From NCBI GenBank assembly GCA_016794365.1, contig JAEUKB010000025.1:52693-116692 (forward strand): DNA of 64,000 nt, written 5' to 3'. Positions 38,763 through 47,927 of the stretch are shown in pieces. The notes below the pieces were generated by a model, which saw only the letters and a program-made list of their open reading frames with translations, searched no databases and was not told the origin of the DNA. Source of the stretch: Myxococcales bacterium. Lineage in GTDB: Bacteria > Myxococcota_A > Polyangia > Palsa-1104 > JAEUJZ01. Position numbers and translations under genes: made by a program. Within the stretch, counting starts at the first letter, position 1; every line of letters starts with the position of its first letter.

Positions 38763-39898
38763 CAGTAGTTGATCTTGCTGTCTTCTACTTGCGCTGCGGT
38801 CAGTCCGTAGATCGTCGCGATCTTTTGGATGGTCAGCGTAAGCTTTGGTAGCTCATCCACAGAGCTGGTGATGAACTTGTACGCAGTGGACTCTGTACCC
38901 GGATCGGACAGAAGCAGCCGAAGCAGCTCATCCACTTGCGCATCTGTGATGATGCGACGATCTGAAGGAAGCTGACGCCAGCCATGCACAAAGCCGACGG
39001 CTTCCCCCAGCGCATGCAGCGCTGCGGACTGATCAGCCGCCGTTGGTGCTGCTGCGCTGAGCTTCTTGCTGGCATCGTTTAGGTAGTAAATCACCGTCTG
39101 AAACGTAGCTCGTTCCCACTCTGTTCGGAACACTTGCAGAGACGCGCTGACTTCACCTGTGCAGGCGCTTCCTTTTTGCAGCGCAGCTTGTGCGCGAATC
39201 ATCGCTTGCTTGATCTTCAGGTACGGACCCGGATTGAGCGGATCGCGCTTGTCACGACGCTTGGCGTAGGCTGCGACAAACTCATCAGGATGTTGCATCG
39301 CAGCGGTGTCTGCTGGAAAGCTTGCATGCGCACCGAAGATCGCGATCAGTCGATCCAGTGTGGCCACAGAGACAGGCTGTGACAGAAGGGACAGCGCGTG
39401 GTTGTACAGGGCTGCGGCAAACATTCCTTTTTCGATCCCCTGCCGCAGATCAACCCCTTGTGCAGAGAAAATATAGGAACCGAACTTGCCTCCTGTTCCA
39501 CTGGGAATTGCCGTCGGAGTCCAGTTGTTTCCAGCCGCTTTTTCAAAGGCCGCAAACAGCGTTTCAACTCTAGGTGCGTAGTAGCTGCTGGTGAGCGATC
39601 GCAGGCTGGGATTTCCAGCATTCCATAGCGCCATCAGCTCTGTCTGGGAAGGCTTCACAGACAGACTGGCTTCCGCATCTTTGAGCGGCTGAAGCATCGC
39701 TTTGAACCTGGTTCGGACCTCGCGCTCGACGACGGTGTTCTGATCGTAGGAGTCGCTCTGATAGCTGTCTGGAAGGGCAGACAGCTCGCAAGCGGGTGGC
39801 GGCTCTGTCATTTCATGCTGACCCTCATCGCAAGCCAGCAGAGAAACAGAGAACAGGAGAGCGCTGTAGGGGGTGGGTTTCACGGCGAGTTGCTCCAC
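38762..39898 (-). CDS. putative lipoprotein associated with the TonB receptor / imelysin locus
   Basis: Lipoprotein signal (LLACDEG); no confident domain. Confidence 0.5.
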   Translation of the reverse strand: MEQLAVKPTPYSALLFSVSLLACDEGQHEMTEPPPACELSALPDSYQSDSYDQNTVVEREVRTRFKAMLQPLKDAEASLSVKPSQTELMALWNAGNPSLRSLTSSYYAPRVETLFAAFEKAAGNNWTPTAIPSGTGGKFGSYIFSAQGVDLRQGIEKGMFAAALYNHALSLLSQPVSVATLDRLIAIFGAHASFPADTAAMQHPDEFVAAYAKRRDKRDPLNPGPYLKIKQAMIRAQAALQKGSACTGEVSASLQVFRTEWERATFQTVIYYLNDASKKLSAAAPTAADQSAALHALGEAVGFVHGWRQLPSDRRIITDAQVDELLRLLLSDPGTESTAYKFITSSVDELPKLTLTIQKIATIYGLTAAQVEDSKINY

Positions 39899-40239
39899 TT
39901 GTTGGACGATCTGCTTGATCGCGATCGTGTCCGTTGAATTTGAAAACGCTTTTCATTTTCTAACTGATTCAGGGTCTGTCAAGTACGAACTGCGCAAGCA
40001 GGGCTTGTCTGATCCCTGTTAATTAAGGCGAATTACCGTCGCTGATTGGTGCGGTGTGGACGAACTCTTTGCGCCAGAGCAGCCCAGATGAGATGTGGAA
40101 TTTGTCGGACCAATTTCAAGGCGCTGTGCAAGTGAACCGGGATGTGCGGACCACATGCTGCCCAGGATCGCTGTCTTACCGCTGGGTCAGTGAGCGATTC
40201 CTATCCTGTGAGTCCTGTATCTCCACAGTACATTGTAGG

Positions 40240-40299
40240 AGAGCGAGCAGAGAGCGAGCAGAGAGCGAGCAGAGAGCGAGCAGAGAGCGAGCAGAGAGG
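40240..40299. repeat. 11-bp tandem repeat (agagcgagcag)x5 immediately after the stop codon of the hydrolase gene
   Basis: Perfect head-to-tail copies abutting the TAA (minus strand) at 40301. Confidence 0.8.
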
Positions 40300-40300
40300 C

Positions 40301-41662
40301 TTAGGGAAGGACTTTTAGGATGGCACCGATCATGGCTTGGGGACGATAGCGCAGTGCGCTGGGGGTCAGTCCCATGCGCACCACCACGAGCTGCTTGGAG
40401 GGAATCACCGCGACTGTCTGTCCATCGTGACCAGACAGCCAGTAGGTGTCGCTTGGCAGTCCGTGGTCCGCATCGGGATTCTTTCTGGCATCCGGATCTC
40501 GACCTGGACCCATGCGCCAGATCTGACCGCGTGCATACTGACCTTTGGACTGCTCCGTCGCTGTGGTGATGTGTGCTACGTAGCCCGCAGGAAGGATTCG
40601 CTGTCCGTTCCAGACTCCGTCTTGCAAAAGAAACTGACCAAAACGCGCCCAGTCTTGCGCAGTTGCGTACAGATAGCTGGATCCCACCAAGGTTCCGCGC
40701 GCGTCTGCTTCCAGGACGGCGCTGCTCATACCCAGCGGAGCAAACAGTCGCTGATAGGGAAACAGAAGCGCGTCTTTGGCGACGGTTTGCTGCCAGACAT
40801 GGGACAGAAATACAGTGGTTCCGCTCGAGTAATTCCAGACCGATTTGGGCGGATGAATCAGCGGTCGCGCTTTCATAAACGCAGCCATGTCCGGTTCCAA
40901 ATACAGCATCCGTGTCACATCAGAGACCGCGCCATACTCTTCGTTAAACTGTAGTCCATCTTGCATCGACAGCAGATCACCAAGAGAGATGGACTCCTTT
41001 CCGCCTGCCGGACTTTGCCAAAATCCGGTGCGATCCAGAAAGAGGTTTCCGTCGCTGATCAGGACTCCTATCAGGGCAGCCGTCACCGACTTGGTCATCG
41101 ACCAGCCGAGCAGCAGAGTGGTAGAAGAAAAGCCTGAACCGTAATGCTGAGCGATCAGCTTTCCTTGATGAATCACCACCACAGCACGCGCACCTGGACC
41201 ATGCAGCGCGGGCTGATCGACAAGCTGCTGGACGGTAGCGACTGGCTCTGCGGCACTCCCTTGCGGCCACGGCTGATCTGGTCTGGGACTGGGAATGTGT
41301 GGTCGCTCTGCGCTGACCTGACGTGCAGCATCCAGGTTTCCGTCGGGAACAGCTGCGCAGCCGGTTCCTTTGCGATAGACCGCAAGACCCTTTCCCAAAA
41401 ATCCCAGAAACCCAGCACGGACTACTTTCTGTTTCGGATCGACGCGCACATGAATCAGCTTGAGCAGTGGATGTCCGGGCGCTTGTAGGTCATTGCGAAC
41501 GATGTCATCCACTTCACGCTGCGCCAAAAAGACGTTGGAACAGACGATCTTGGCGGAATAGCTCGCACCGACCCGTAGCAGCTCTGGGGGATCTGCCGTG
41601 AGCCAGGTAATGCCTGCGGACACAATGGCCAAAGCGATGAGCGTCTTTTTGGGGGCCGCCAT
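40301..41662 (-). CDS. serine hydrolase, beta-lactamase/transpeptidase-like family
   Basis: SMTKS (SxxK) active-site motif, signal peptide, ~450 aa class-C-like fold. Confidence 0.8.
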   Translation of the reverse strand: MAAPKKTLIALAIVSAGITWLTADPPELLRVGASYSAKIVCSNVFLAQREVDDIVRNDLQAPGHPLLKLIHVRVDPKQKVVRAGFLGFLGKGLAVYRKGTGCAAVPDGNLDAARQVSAERPHIPSPRPDQPWPQGSAAEPVATVQQLVDQPALHGPGARAVVVIHQGKLIAQHYGSGFSSTTLLLGWSMTKSVTAALIGVLISDGNLFLDRTGFWQSPAGGKESISLGDLLSMQDGLQFNEEYGAVSDVTRMLYLEPDMAAFMKARPLIHPPKSVWNYSSGTTVFLSHVWQQTVAKDALLFPYQRLFAPLGMSSAVLEADARGTLVGSSYLYATAQDWARFGQFLLQDGVWNGQRILPAGYVAHITTATEQSKGQYARGQIWRMGPGRDPDARKNPDADHGLPSDTYWLSGHDGQTVAVIPSKQLVVVRMGLTPSALRYRPQAMIGAILKVLP

Positions 41663-41906
41663 GTACAGCTAGTCCTCGTCGATAAAGAGATCTTGGGTTC
41701 GCGTGCGCGAACGTCACATGGTGACACGTTGGCGCGCGAATCGAAATGGTCCACTGTCCGATGTCGGCTGTCGCTTCGTCGCTTCGTCTATGACCAGGTA
41801 GGTAGACCCGCTCTGTTCTGGTTCGGTCTGCGGATGCCGACCAGATAAGAGGCAGAGCAAATGTATCTTATCTGGAACAACTTCTGAGACACTGCCAGAA
41901 TCGGAG

Positions 41907-42689
41907 CTACGCCGCACTGACTTGTCGCGCCAGCACAGAGATGGTCAGATCTGATGCGTAGATCCCAGGGTTTTGGTCGCGTTCTGCTTGAAGTTGCTGG
42001 GGCAGGGTCCGTACATCGATCTGGCCTTCTGTGATGACCTGCTGCTTGCGCATGCGTGGAATCATCCACTCCACAATGCTGTGCAGTGGATGTTGTCCTT
42101 GTTCTAGGCCCACCACGGTTGCTGCCGCAGAGACCGTTACGACAAAGCCCAGCCGCGTAAGCAGACGTGGCAGCATCACACCGAGCTTGGGATCGGCTCC
42201 TTCTTTGCGAACAGTTTCCCAGATCCACGTCATGAGCTGATCGTGAAGCGGCCACTGTCCCAGGCGGTCGCTTATCAGGCTCTGCGTCTGTTCCTGAAAG
42301 GCGCAGATTCCACCTGTACGCAGACCACTGCAAAGTCGCTGTAGCACCGCAAAAGGATTCCGAACATACATCAGGACGCGACGACCGACGATCGCATCAA
42401 AGGAGTCTCTGTCTGGCTGGTAGATCTGTAGATCCGCTTGAACATACCGGATGTTTTGAAGGCCTGACTCTGTGGTCTGTGCGCGCGCCAGATCGAGGCT
42501 AGCTGCATCACTGTCAATTCCTACGACGGTGCCGGTGCTTCCCACCAGCTGTGCGATGCGGCGTGTAACGATTCCCATGCCACAGCCAATATCGAGCACG
42601 CGCATTCCTTCTGTGATGCCTGCATCTTCTAGGAGTCGCTGCGTCACCACATCAAACGTACTCATAGATGTCTCCTTCTGCATGCTCAC
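41907..42689 (-). CDS. class I SAM-dependent methyltransferase
   Basis: Motif I VLDIGCGMG; ~260 aa. Confidence 0.8.
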   Translation of the reverse strand: MSMQKETSMSTFDVVTQRLLEDAGITEGMRVLDIGCGMGIVTRRIAQLVGSTGTVVGIDSDAASLDLARAQTTESGLQNIRYVQADLQIYQPDRDSFDAIVGRRVLMYVRNPFAVLQRLCSGLRTGGICAFQEQTQSLISDRLGQWPLHDQLMTWIWETVRKEGADPKLGVMLPRLLTRLGFVVTVSAAATVVGLEQGQHPLHSIVEWMIPRMRKQQVITEGQIDVRTLPQQLQAERDQNPGIYASDLTISVLARQVSAA

Positions 42690-42750
42690 TTCCGCGCGCT
42701 AAGCGGCCTGTGGCAGGCCTTACGGTCTATCTGTTACCGACGCTGTGCTG

Positions 42751-42984
42751 TCAGCTTGCGCTGCGATCCAGTTCTTCCAGGGCTTGCGCAAACCAGCGCT
42801 TCACAGACTGGTAATGCTGCTCTCCGTACAGGGATCGAAAGCTACGATTTTCTGCGCTGTTTTGCTCTGACAAGGTGGCGATTCGTGCGGTCACATAGGG
42901 CCTGGTGAGCTGGATTCCGCACTTGACGGTGATGCAATGTTTCCACTGCGCATAGGTCGTGGGAATGGACGAATGACTCATCAT
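42751..42984 (-). CDS. small hypothetical Cys/His-containing protein (78 aa from internal ATG; the longest ORF extends to 43029 into the AT-rich operator region)
   Basis: WKHCITVKCG motif; divergent from the COG0523 operon across a Zur-box-like region. Confidence 0.35.
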   Translation of the reverse strand: MMSHSSIPTTYAQWKHCITVKCGIQLTRPYVTARIATLSEQNSAENRSFRSLYGEQHYQSVKRWFAQALEELDRSAS

Positions 42985-43010
42985 CCTGAGACTGTAGTGC
43001 AGTTTTTTGT

Positions 43011-43031
43011 AAACGCAACTAATTTGCATTT
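43011..43031. promoter_or_regulatory. Zur-box-like palindrome copy 1 (AAAcGCAA-N5-TTGCATTT)
   Basis: AT-rich 21-bp dyad in an otherwise GC-rich genome, in the divergent intergenic region. Confidence 0.4.
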
Positions 43032-43075
43032 ACACTCTTAAAATATTCTAATTTCATTCGATGTCCTTAGAATTT

Positions 43076-43096
43076 AAATGCAATTGATTTGCATTT
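43076..43096. promoter_or_regulatory. Zur-box-like palindrome copy 2 (AAATGCAA-ttgat-TTGCATTT), ~58 nt upstream of the COG0523 gene
   Basis: AAATG-N11-CATTT architecture, the same as the gamma-proteobacterial Zur box; adjacent to a COG0523 zinc-chaperone gene. Confidence 0.5.
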
Positions 43097-43153
43097 GAAT
43101 TGGGCTATGTGTTACCGATGAAGTGCGGCTGAAATGACAGCGCGTAGATCGAC

Positions 43154-44533
43154 TTGAGACTGCTGGAGACTCCGATGACTGCTGACTCGCGTGTGCCGGT
43201 GACTGTACTGACAGGATTTCTGGGGGCCGGAAAGACGACACTCCTGAACCGCATCTTGAACGAGCAGCACGGCAAGCGGATCGCCGTGATTGAGAACGAG
43301 TTTGGCGAAGTCGGGGTTGATCAAGAGCTGGTGATCGGTGCAGAAGAAGAGATCTTCGAGATGAACAACGGCTGCATCTGCTGCACCGTGCGCGGCGATC
43401 TGATCCGCATCCTGGGAAGCTTGATGAAGCGACGTGAGAAGTTTGACTTCATCTTGGTGGAGACCACAGGACTGGCCGATCCGGGGCCCGTTGCACAGAC
43501 ATTCTTCGTCGATGATGAGCTACGCAGCAAGCTGCGACTGGATGGCATTGTCACGGTGGTGGATGCACATCACATCGCGCAGCACATTGATGACAGCGAA
43601 GAAGCGCGCGAACAGATTGCGTTTGCCGATGTGATCATCTTAAACAAGATTGATCTGGTGACGCAGCAGCAGGCGGATGCGCTGTGTGAACGACTGCATC
43701 GAATGAACGGACCCGCGAAGCTGCTTCGTGCGCAGAATGCAGACATTGCGATTGCGCAGATTCTACATGTTGGCGGCTTCAACCTTCAGCGGGCGATGGA
43801 AGTGGACCCGAAGTTCTTGGAACCAGAGTATCCCTTTGAGTGGGCCGGAGTCTTTGCGTTCGACGCTGAACGTTATCGCTTGTCGCTTCAACCAGGGCCG
43901 GATCCACTGATGGATGTTGCGATCTTGGCGGCTTACGGAAGTGTGCTGACTGGTTCTGCAAGCGAGCTGATTGGGCAGCAGACAGAGCCTGCGGTGCGAC
44001 TGTTTGCAGAGCATCCGCAGCGGGTGTCAAAAGACTCTCAACTGTGGCCCAGTCGTGCGCCTTGGCAGATGGAGATTTCCGGTGGTGGCGACTTCATCCT
44101 TACGATAGGACAGAGTGGTCATTATGTTTTGTTTACCGAGCATCAACCCACAGAGTTTTCGCTGCGGATTCTGTCTTCTGTGGGGGAAGTGAAGCCACTT
44201 GCAGAGCGTCTGTTTAAGCCCGATCACGAGCATGATGACGAAGTCACTTCGGTCGGAATCGAGCTACCCGGCAGCGTCGATCCTGTGCGCGTGAACAAGT
44301 GGCTGGGAACCCTTCTTCAGCAGCGTGGACAAGACATTTTCCGATCGAAGGGAGTCCTAAGCGTCAAAGGAGAGTCGCGCCGACACATCTTCCAAGGTGT
44401 TCACATGCTGCTTGATGCACAACCGGATCGCCCGTGGGGACCGAGCGAGCCGCGTATCAACAAGCTGGTGTTCATTGGTCGCAACCTGGATCGCGCAGAG
44501 CTACAGCGTGGCTTTCGGAGCTGCTTGGTATAG
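43154..44533 (+). CDS. COG0523/CobW-family GTPase (zinc metallochaperone, ZigA/YeiR-like) with CobW_C domain
   Basis: P-loop [11 protein letters not shown], CxCC motif GCICCT, switch regions, C-terminal CobW_C; TTG start on the track with an in-frame ATG at +21. Confidence 0.9.
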   Translation: MRLLETPMTADSRVPVTVLTGFLGAGKTTLLNRILNEQHGKRIAVIENEFGEVGVDQELVIGAEEEIFEMNNGCICCTVRGDLIRILGSLMKRREKFDFILVETTGLADPGPVAQTFFVDDELRSKLRLDGIVTVVDAHHIAQHIDDSEEAREQIAFADVIILNKIDLVTQQQADALCERLHRMNGPAKLLRAQNADIAIAQILHVGGFNLQRAMEVDPKFLEPEYPFEWAGVFAFDAERYRLSLQPGPDPLMDVAILAAYGSVLTGSASELIGQQTEPAVRLFAEHPQRVSKDSQLWPSRAPWQMEISGGGDFILTIGQSGHYVLFTEHQPTEFSLRILSSVGEVKPLAERLFKPDHEHDDEVTSVGIELPGSVDPVRVNKWLGTLLQQRGQDIFRSKGVLSVKGESRRHIFQGVHMLLDAQPDRPWGPSEPRINKLVFIGRNLDRAELQRGFRSCLV

Positions 44534-44551
44534 CCAGATGAGGATGCGCAC

Positions 44552-45271
44552 ATGCTGTTTTTCTTTCATCCAGGCAGCGGCGTGATGATTGGCTCTGCGG
44601 CGCTTTTGGGCCTGACGCTGGGCGCAAGACACGCACTGGAGCCGGATCATCTGGCCGCTGTCTCTGCAATGACGATTGGGAGTCGCAGTCCTTGGCATGG
44701 TGCGGCTCTCGGTGTGCTGTGGGGCGTCGGACATTCGCTGGCGCTGCTCTGCTTGGGCGGACTGCTGCTCTGTTTGGGGAAGAAGACTCCACCGTATGTG
44801 GAGACTGCGATTGAGCTGGTCACTGCGATTGCGATGCTGTGGATTGGTCTTCTGAGCCTGCTGCGGCGACCCCTTGCGCGACCGCTTGATGCGATGGGAC
44901 AGGGAGACGTGCGAGCGACTCTGCTGCAACCATTGCCGCGTCGCATGGGTCAGCGGACATTGCTTGTGGGGTTTGTTCACGGTCTGGGCGGAAGTGGGGC
45001 GCTGATGGCGTTTCTCGTCGTTGGATTGCGTGGCACGCTGGCGCGGCTCTTGTATCTGCTGCTCTTTTCTGTGGGTTCGATTGTGGCGATGGCGCTGCTT
45101 TCGGGACTGCTTGGCTGGCCTGCAACCAGACTCGCTGCGTATCCGCGTGTGGAGCGCGCCTTGTGCATCGCTGCGGGACTCCTCTCTGTTGTGATTGGGA
45201 TGTCCTATCTGTCTCGCGTACTGTCTGTGGATTCCAGTCCGGTCTTTGTCCGTGCAGAGGGAAGCGTATGA
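44552..45271 (+). CDS. NiCoT/NicO-like divalent metal transporter family membrane protein (6 TM, HAxxxDH motif)
   Basis: HALEPDH signature in TM2, multiple TM helices; GAGGA RBS; translationally coupled to neighbours. Confidence 0.55.
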   Translation: MLFFFHPGSGVMIGSAALLGLTLGARHALEPDHLAAVSAMTIGSRSPWHGAALGVLWGVGHSLALLCLGGLLLCLGKKTPPYVETAIELVTAIAMLWIGLLSLLRRPLARPLDAMGQGDVRATLLQPLPRRMGQRTLLVGFVHGLGGSGALMAFLVVGLRGTLARLLYLLLFSVGSIVAMALLSGLLGWPATRLAAYPRVERALCIAAGLLSVVIGMSYLSRVLSVDSSPVFVRAEGSV

Positions 45272-46305
45272 GTCCGAAACGATCTCAAGGAAAGACTGCT
45301 GCAAGGGAACTGAATCCGAAGTGGCGTACGCAGCTCTCTGATCACGTCATCGGTCTGTGCTGGCATCCGAGCTGCAAGTCGATCGCTGTGGCAACCGTGG
45401 ATGGACACGTTGCGCTGATCGATGCAGCAGATGGACGCACAATTTGGCAGCGACAGATCCATCGCGTAGGTGCAGCAGACTTGCATTTGTCAGTGCAGGG
45501 AGATCGCCTGGTCAGCGCAGGTCACGACGGAGTGGCCAAGCTCTTATCGGCGGATGGCGGGGATGTTATCGCAGAGCTGCCAGGTGGAACGAGCTGGGTC
45601 GAGCGTGTCTCTTTTAGCCCAAGCGGAGAGCTGATCTTGGTCGCAGCAGGTAAGCATGTCCGTCTGTTTGGAAGTAGCGGTGAGCTGCTGCTTTCGCTGC
45701 CGGATACACCGTTTACTGTGTCTGACATCGCGTGGTTCCATCACGATCCGTGCTTCGCGGTGCTGACGTACGGGGTGCTGCGGTTGTTCGTGCCAAGCGA
45801 GACAGATCCCGTGCAGAGCTATGAGTGGAAGGGCTCCATGCTGAAGCTGGCGGTGAGTCCCAACGGTCGCTATCTGGCCACTGGAAATCAGGACTGTAGC
45901 GTTCATCTGTTTTTGACTGGAACCACCAAAGATCTTGAGATGTCGGGATACCCAGCGAAGGTCCGCTTGCTAAGCTGGGATCATCAGAGTCGGTTTCTGG
46001 CGACGGGCGGCGGCGCAGCCTGCTGTGTCTGGGACTTTGCGGGTGGCGGTCCAGCAGGAAGCAAGCCCAAGACGCTGTCGGCTTCCCGCAGTCCCCTGTC
46101 AGCGCTGGCTTTTCAGCATCGGGGAGAGCTTCTTGCGTCGGGGAATGAAGACGGAACGCTGGCACTCTGGCTTCCCAAACAGGATGAAGTCGTGCGCGGT
46201 CAGGTATGCTTAGCGGCAGAGATCTCGCAGCTTGGGTGGGCTCCCGATGATCGCGGGCTTGCCGCAGGATGTGCAGATGGATCGGTCTGTTTCTTTGCGC
46301 TGTAG
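45268..46305 (+). CDS. WD40/beta-propeller repeat protein
   Basis: Repeated ...DG.V.L.D..G... WD-like blades; start set at internal ATG overlapping the upstream stop (ATGA) with a GAGGGA RBS. Confidence 0.7.
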   Translation: MSPKRSQGKTAARELNPKWRTQLSDHVIGLCWHPSCKSIAVATVDGHVALIDAADGRTIWQRQIHRVGAADLHLSVQGDRLVSAGHDGVAKLLSADGGDVIAELPGGTSWVERVSFSPSGELILVAAGKHVRLFGSSGELLLSLPDTPFTVSDIAWFHHDPCFAVLTYGVLRLFVPSETDPVQSYEWKGSMLKLAVSPNGRYLATGNQDCSVHLFLTGTTKDLEMSGYPAKVRLLSWDHQSRFLATGGGAACCVWDFAGGGPAGSKPKTLSASRSPLSALAFQHRGELLASGNEDGTLALWLPKQDEVVRGQVCLAAEISQLGWAPDDRGLAAGCADGSVCFFAL

Positions 46306-46356
46306 CGGCACGGATGCTTGAAGATCTTCGTCGCTGCGCTGAAGAATTTTGATTAC

Positions 46357-46377
46357 AAATGCAATTCATTTGCATTT
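46357..46377. promoter_or_regulatory. Zur-box-like palindrome copy 3 (AAATGCAA-ttcat-TTGCATTT) ~19 nt upstream of the phosphodiesterase-family gene
   Basis: Near-identical to the 43076 copy. Confidence 0.5.
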
Positions 46378-46395
46378 GATTTACCATCGTACGCA

Positions 46396-47313
46396 ATGTG
46401 TATCTTGCGGCTGATCCCCTGGTTCTTGGTGGTCACTTGCTTGCTCGGGCAAAGCGCCTCTGCGCAGCATGAGGGCTCTGCTGCTGCGCCTGTTGCTGCT
46501 GTGACTCCGCCGGTTCGACGAGTCCAGCATGTGCTGGTCATCAGCGAGGACGGAATGCATCCGGCGCTGATCCAAAAACAGACGCTTCCCAATCACGAGC
46601 GCTTGTATCGTAACGGCGCATATTCTTTTGTGGCGCGAACCATCAGCACTGCTTCGACACTCCCATCTCATGCTGCGATGCTATCGGGGGTCGATGTCTA
46701 TGAGCACGGTCTGCGCTGGAACAACTGGCGACCCACGCTGGGCTTTATCAAGACGCCCACGATTTTTTCACTCGCTACAGAGGAGGGACTGTCTACCTCT
46801 GCTGTCGTTGGGAAGTTCAAGCTGCGTCACATCCTGCCGCAAGGGACGGTCGATTCCTTTCTGCGTCCGGGCTACTTCTGTCGAAAGGTTAGTGAAGAAG
46901 CGGCGCAGCAGATTCGGAATGGACAGCCCGAGCTGATGTTCGTTCACTTTTCGGATCCTGATGAGCACGGTCACTCAAGTGGCTGGCTGTCGGCGGCGCA
47001 GTGGCAAGCTGCCAGAGAGTGCGATCGCTGCTTGGGAATCATTCTGTCTGCACTGGATGCGGCAGGCACGCTGGATGACACTCTGGTCATTGTGTCGGCG
47101 GATCACGGCGGACATGGCAGCGGTCACAGCGGCATTCGGCTAAGCGACATCCAGATTCCGTGGATTGCGCACGGACCCAACGTCCGGCGCGGTCATGTGC
47201 TGCACAGCAAGGTCTCAACCATGGATACGGCTGCGACGGTGCTGTATGCGCTGGGACTGGTTCCCAAAGCCCGTCTGCGTGGCAAACCCGTCCGTGAGAT
47301 CTTCGCTCAGTAG
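46396..47313 (+). CDS. alkaline phosphatase superfamily, type I phosphodiesterase/nucleotide pyrophosphatase (Phosphodiest) family protein, secreted
   Basis: Signal peptide; metal-ligand motifs (VSADHGGHG..H) typical of the ENPP/Phosphodiest family. Start moved to internal ATG (M27), since the longer ORF would cover the operator. Confidence 0.75.
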   Translation: MCILRLIPWFLVVTCLLGQSASAQHEGSAAAPVAAVTPPVRRVQHVLVISEDGMHPALIQKQTLPNHERLYRNGAYSFVARTISTASTLPSHAAMLSGVDVYEHGLRWNNWRPTLGFIKTPTIFSLATEEGLSTSAVVGKFKLRHILPQGTVDSFLRPGYFCRKVSEEAAQQIRNGQPELMFVHFSDPDEHGHSSGWLSAAQWQAARECDRCLGIILSALDAAGTLDDTLVIVSADHGGHGSGHSGIRLSDIQIPWIAHGPNVRRGHVLHSKVSTMDTAATVLYALGLVPKARLRGKPVREIFAQ

Positions 47314-47416
47314 CTCGATTCCTTCTGCGGGTCTGTTTCCGTTCATTCTGCTTTCGCTGCGATGTGGCGTCGATCCGTGGTGCCGATCTGGTGTAACATT
47401 TCGGAGAGGCATCCAA

Positions 47417-47887
47417 GTGACGCAACAGGAACAGTCAGCGCAGACGCTGCACGCGGAAGGACGCTGGGTCGGTGTGGGCTGCGTGGTCCTGACTGGATCT
47501 GTGCTGGCGGTGACTGTCCGACCGTCGCTGCCGCTGGGTCTGCTGCTCGGACTGCTGACGTTGTCGCAGGCGCTTTTTGCGTATCGAGTCGGCAGTACGG
47601 TTGGACCCCTGATCGCGCAGCGGACTTGGTGGTGGGCTCCACTTTTGGGCGCGCTGGCGGGACTGATTCTGCTTGGATCGACGGCGCTGGCTGCGATGGG
47701 AATTGGGCTGTGCTGGGGTCTTTTGGAAGGCATCCACGGAAGCGACTGGGCGTATAGCTATCTGGGGAAGCCTCCGCTGGCGGTGCTGGTGTATGGATCG
47801 CTGATTGCACTGCCGCTGGGCACGGTGGGAGGACTCCTGATTCGCTTGCTGACCTGGCTGCGGAGTCGTCTGTCTGCTGCGCAATAG
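47417..47887 (+). CDS. small hypothetical membrane protein (4 TM, GTG start)
   Basis: GGAGAGG RBS 8 nt upstream of GTG; hydrophobic helices; no known domain. Confidence 0.4.
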   Translation: MTQQEQSAQTLHAEGRWVGVGCVVLTGSVLAVTVRPSLPLGLLLGLLTLSQALFAYRVGSTVGPLIAQRTWWWAPLLGALAGLILLGSTALAAMGIGLCWGLLEGIHGSDWAYSYLGKPPLAVLVYGSLIALPLGTVGGLLIRLLTWLRSRLSAAQ

Positions 47888-47927
47888 GAAGCTACAATCG
47901 ATAGCCCGCGCGGCTGCGTAACGGAAA

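Noticed and set aside
40054-40569. 171-aa plus-strand ORF
   Set aside because: Spans the 11-bp tandem repeat (giving RASRERAE repeats) and is antisense to the 3' end of the beta-lactamase-family gene; no RBS and no domains.
41841-41875. 9-bp inverted repeat ccagataag-N17-cttatctgg downstream of the methyltransferase gene, considered as an intrinsic terminator
   Set aside because: Large 17-nt loop and no following U-tract on either strand; left unannotated.
43153-43177. Choice between TTG (43154) and the in-frame ATG at +21 (43175) as the COG0523 start
   Set aside because: Cannot be resolved from sequence alone; the track coordinate was kept, since either start leaves the P-loop intact.
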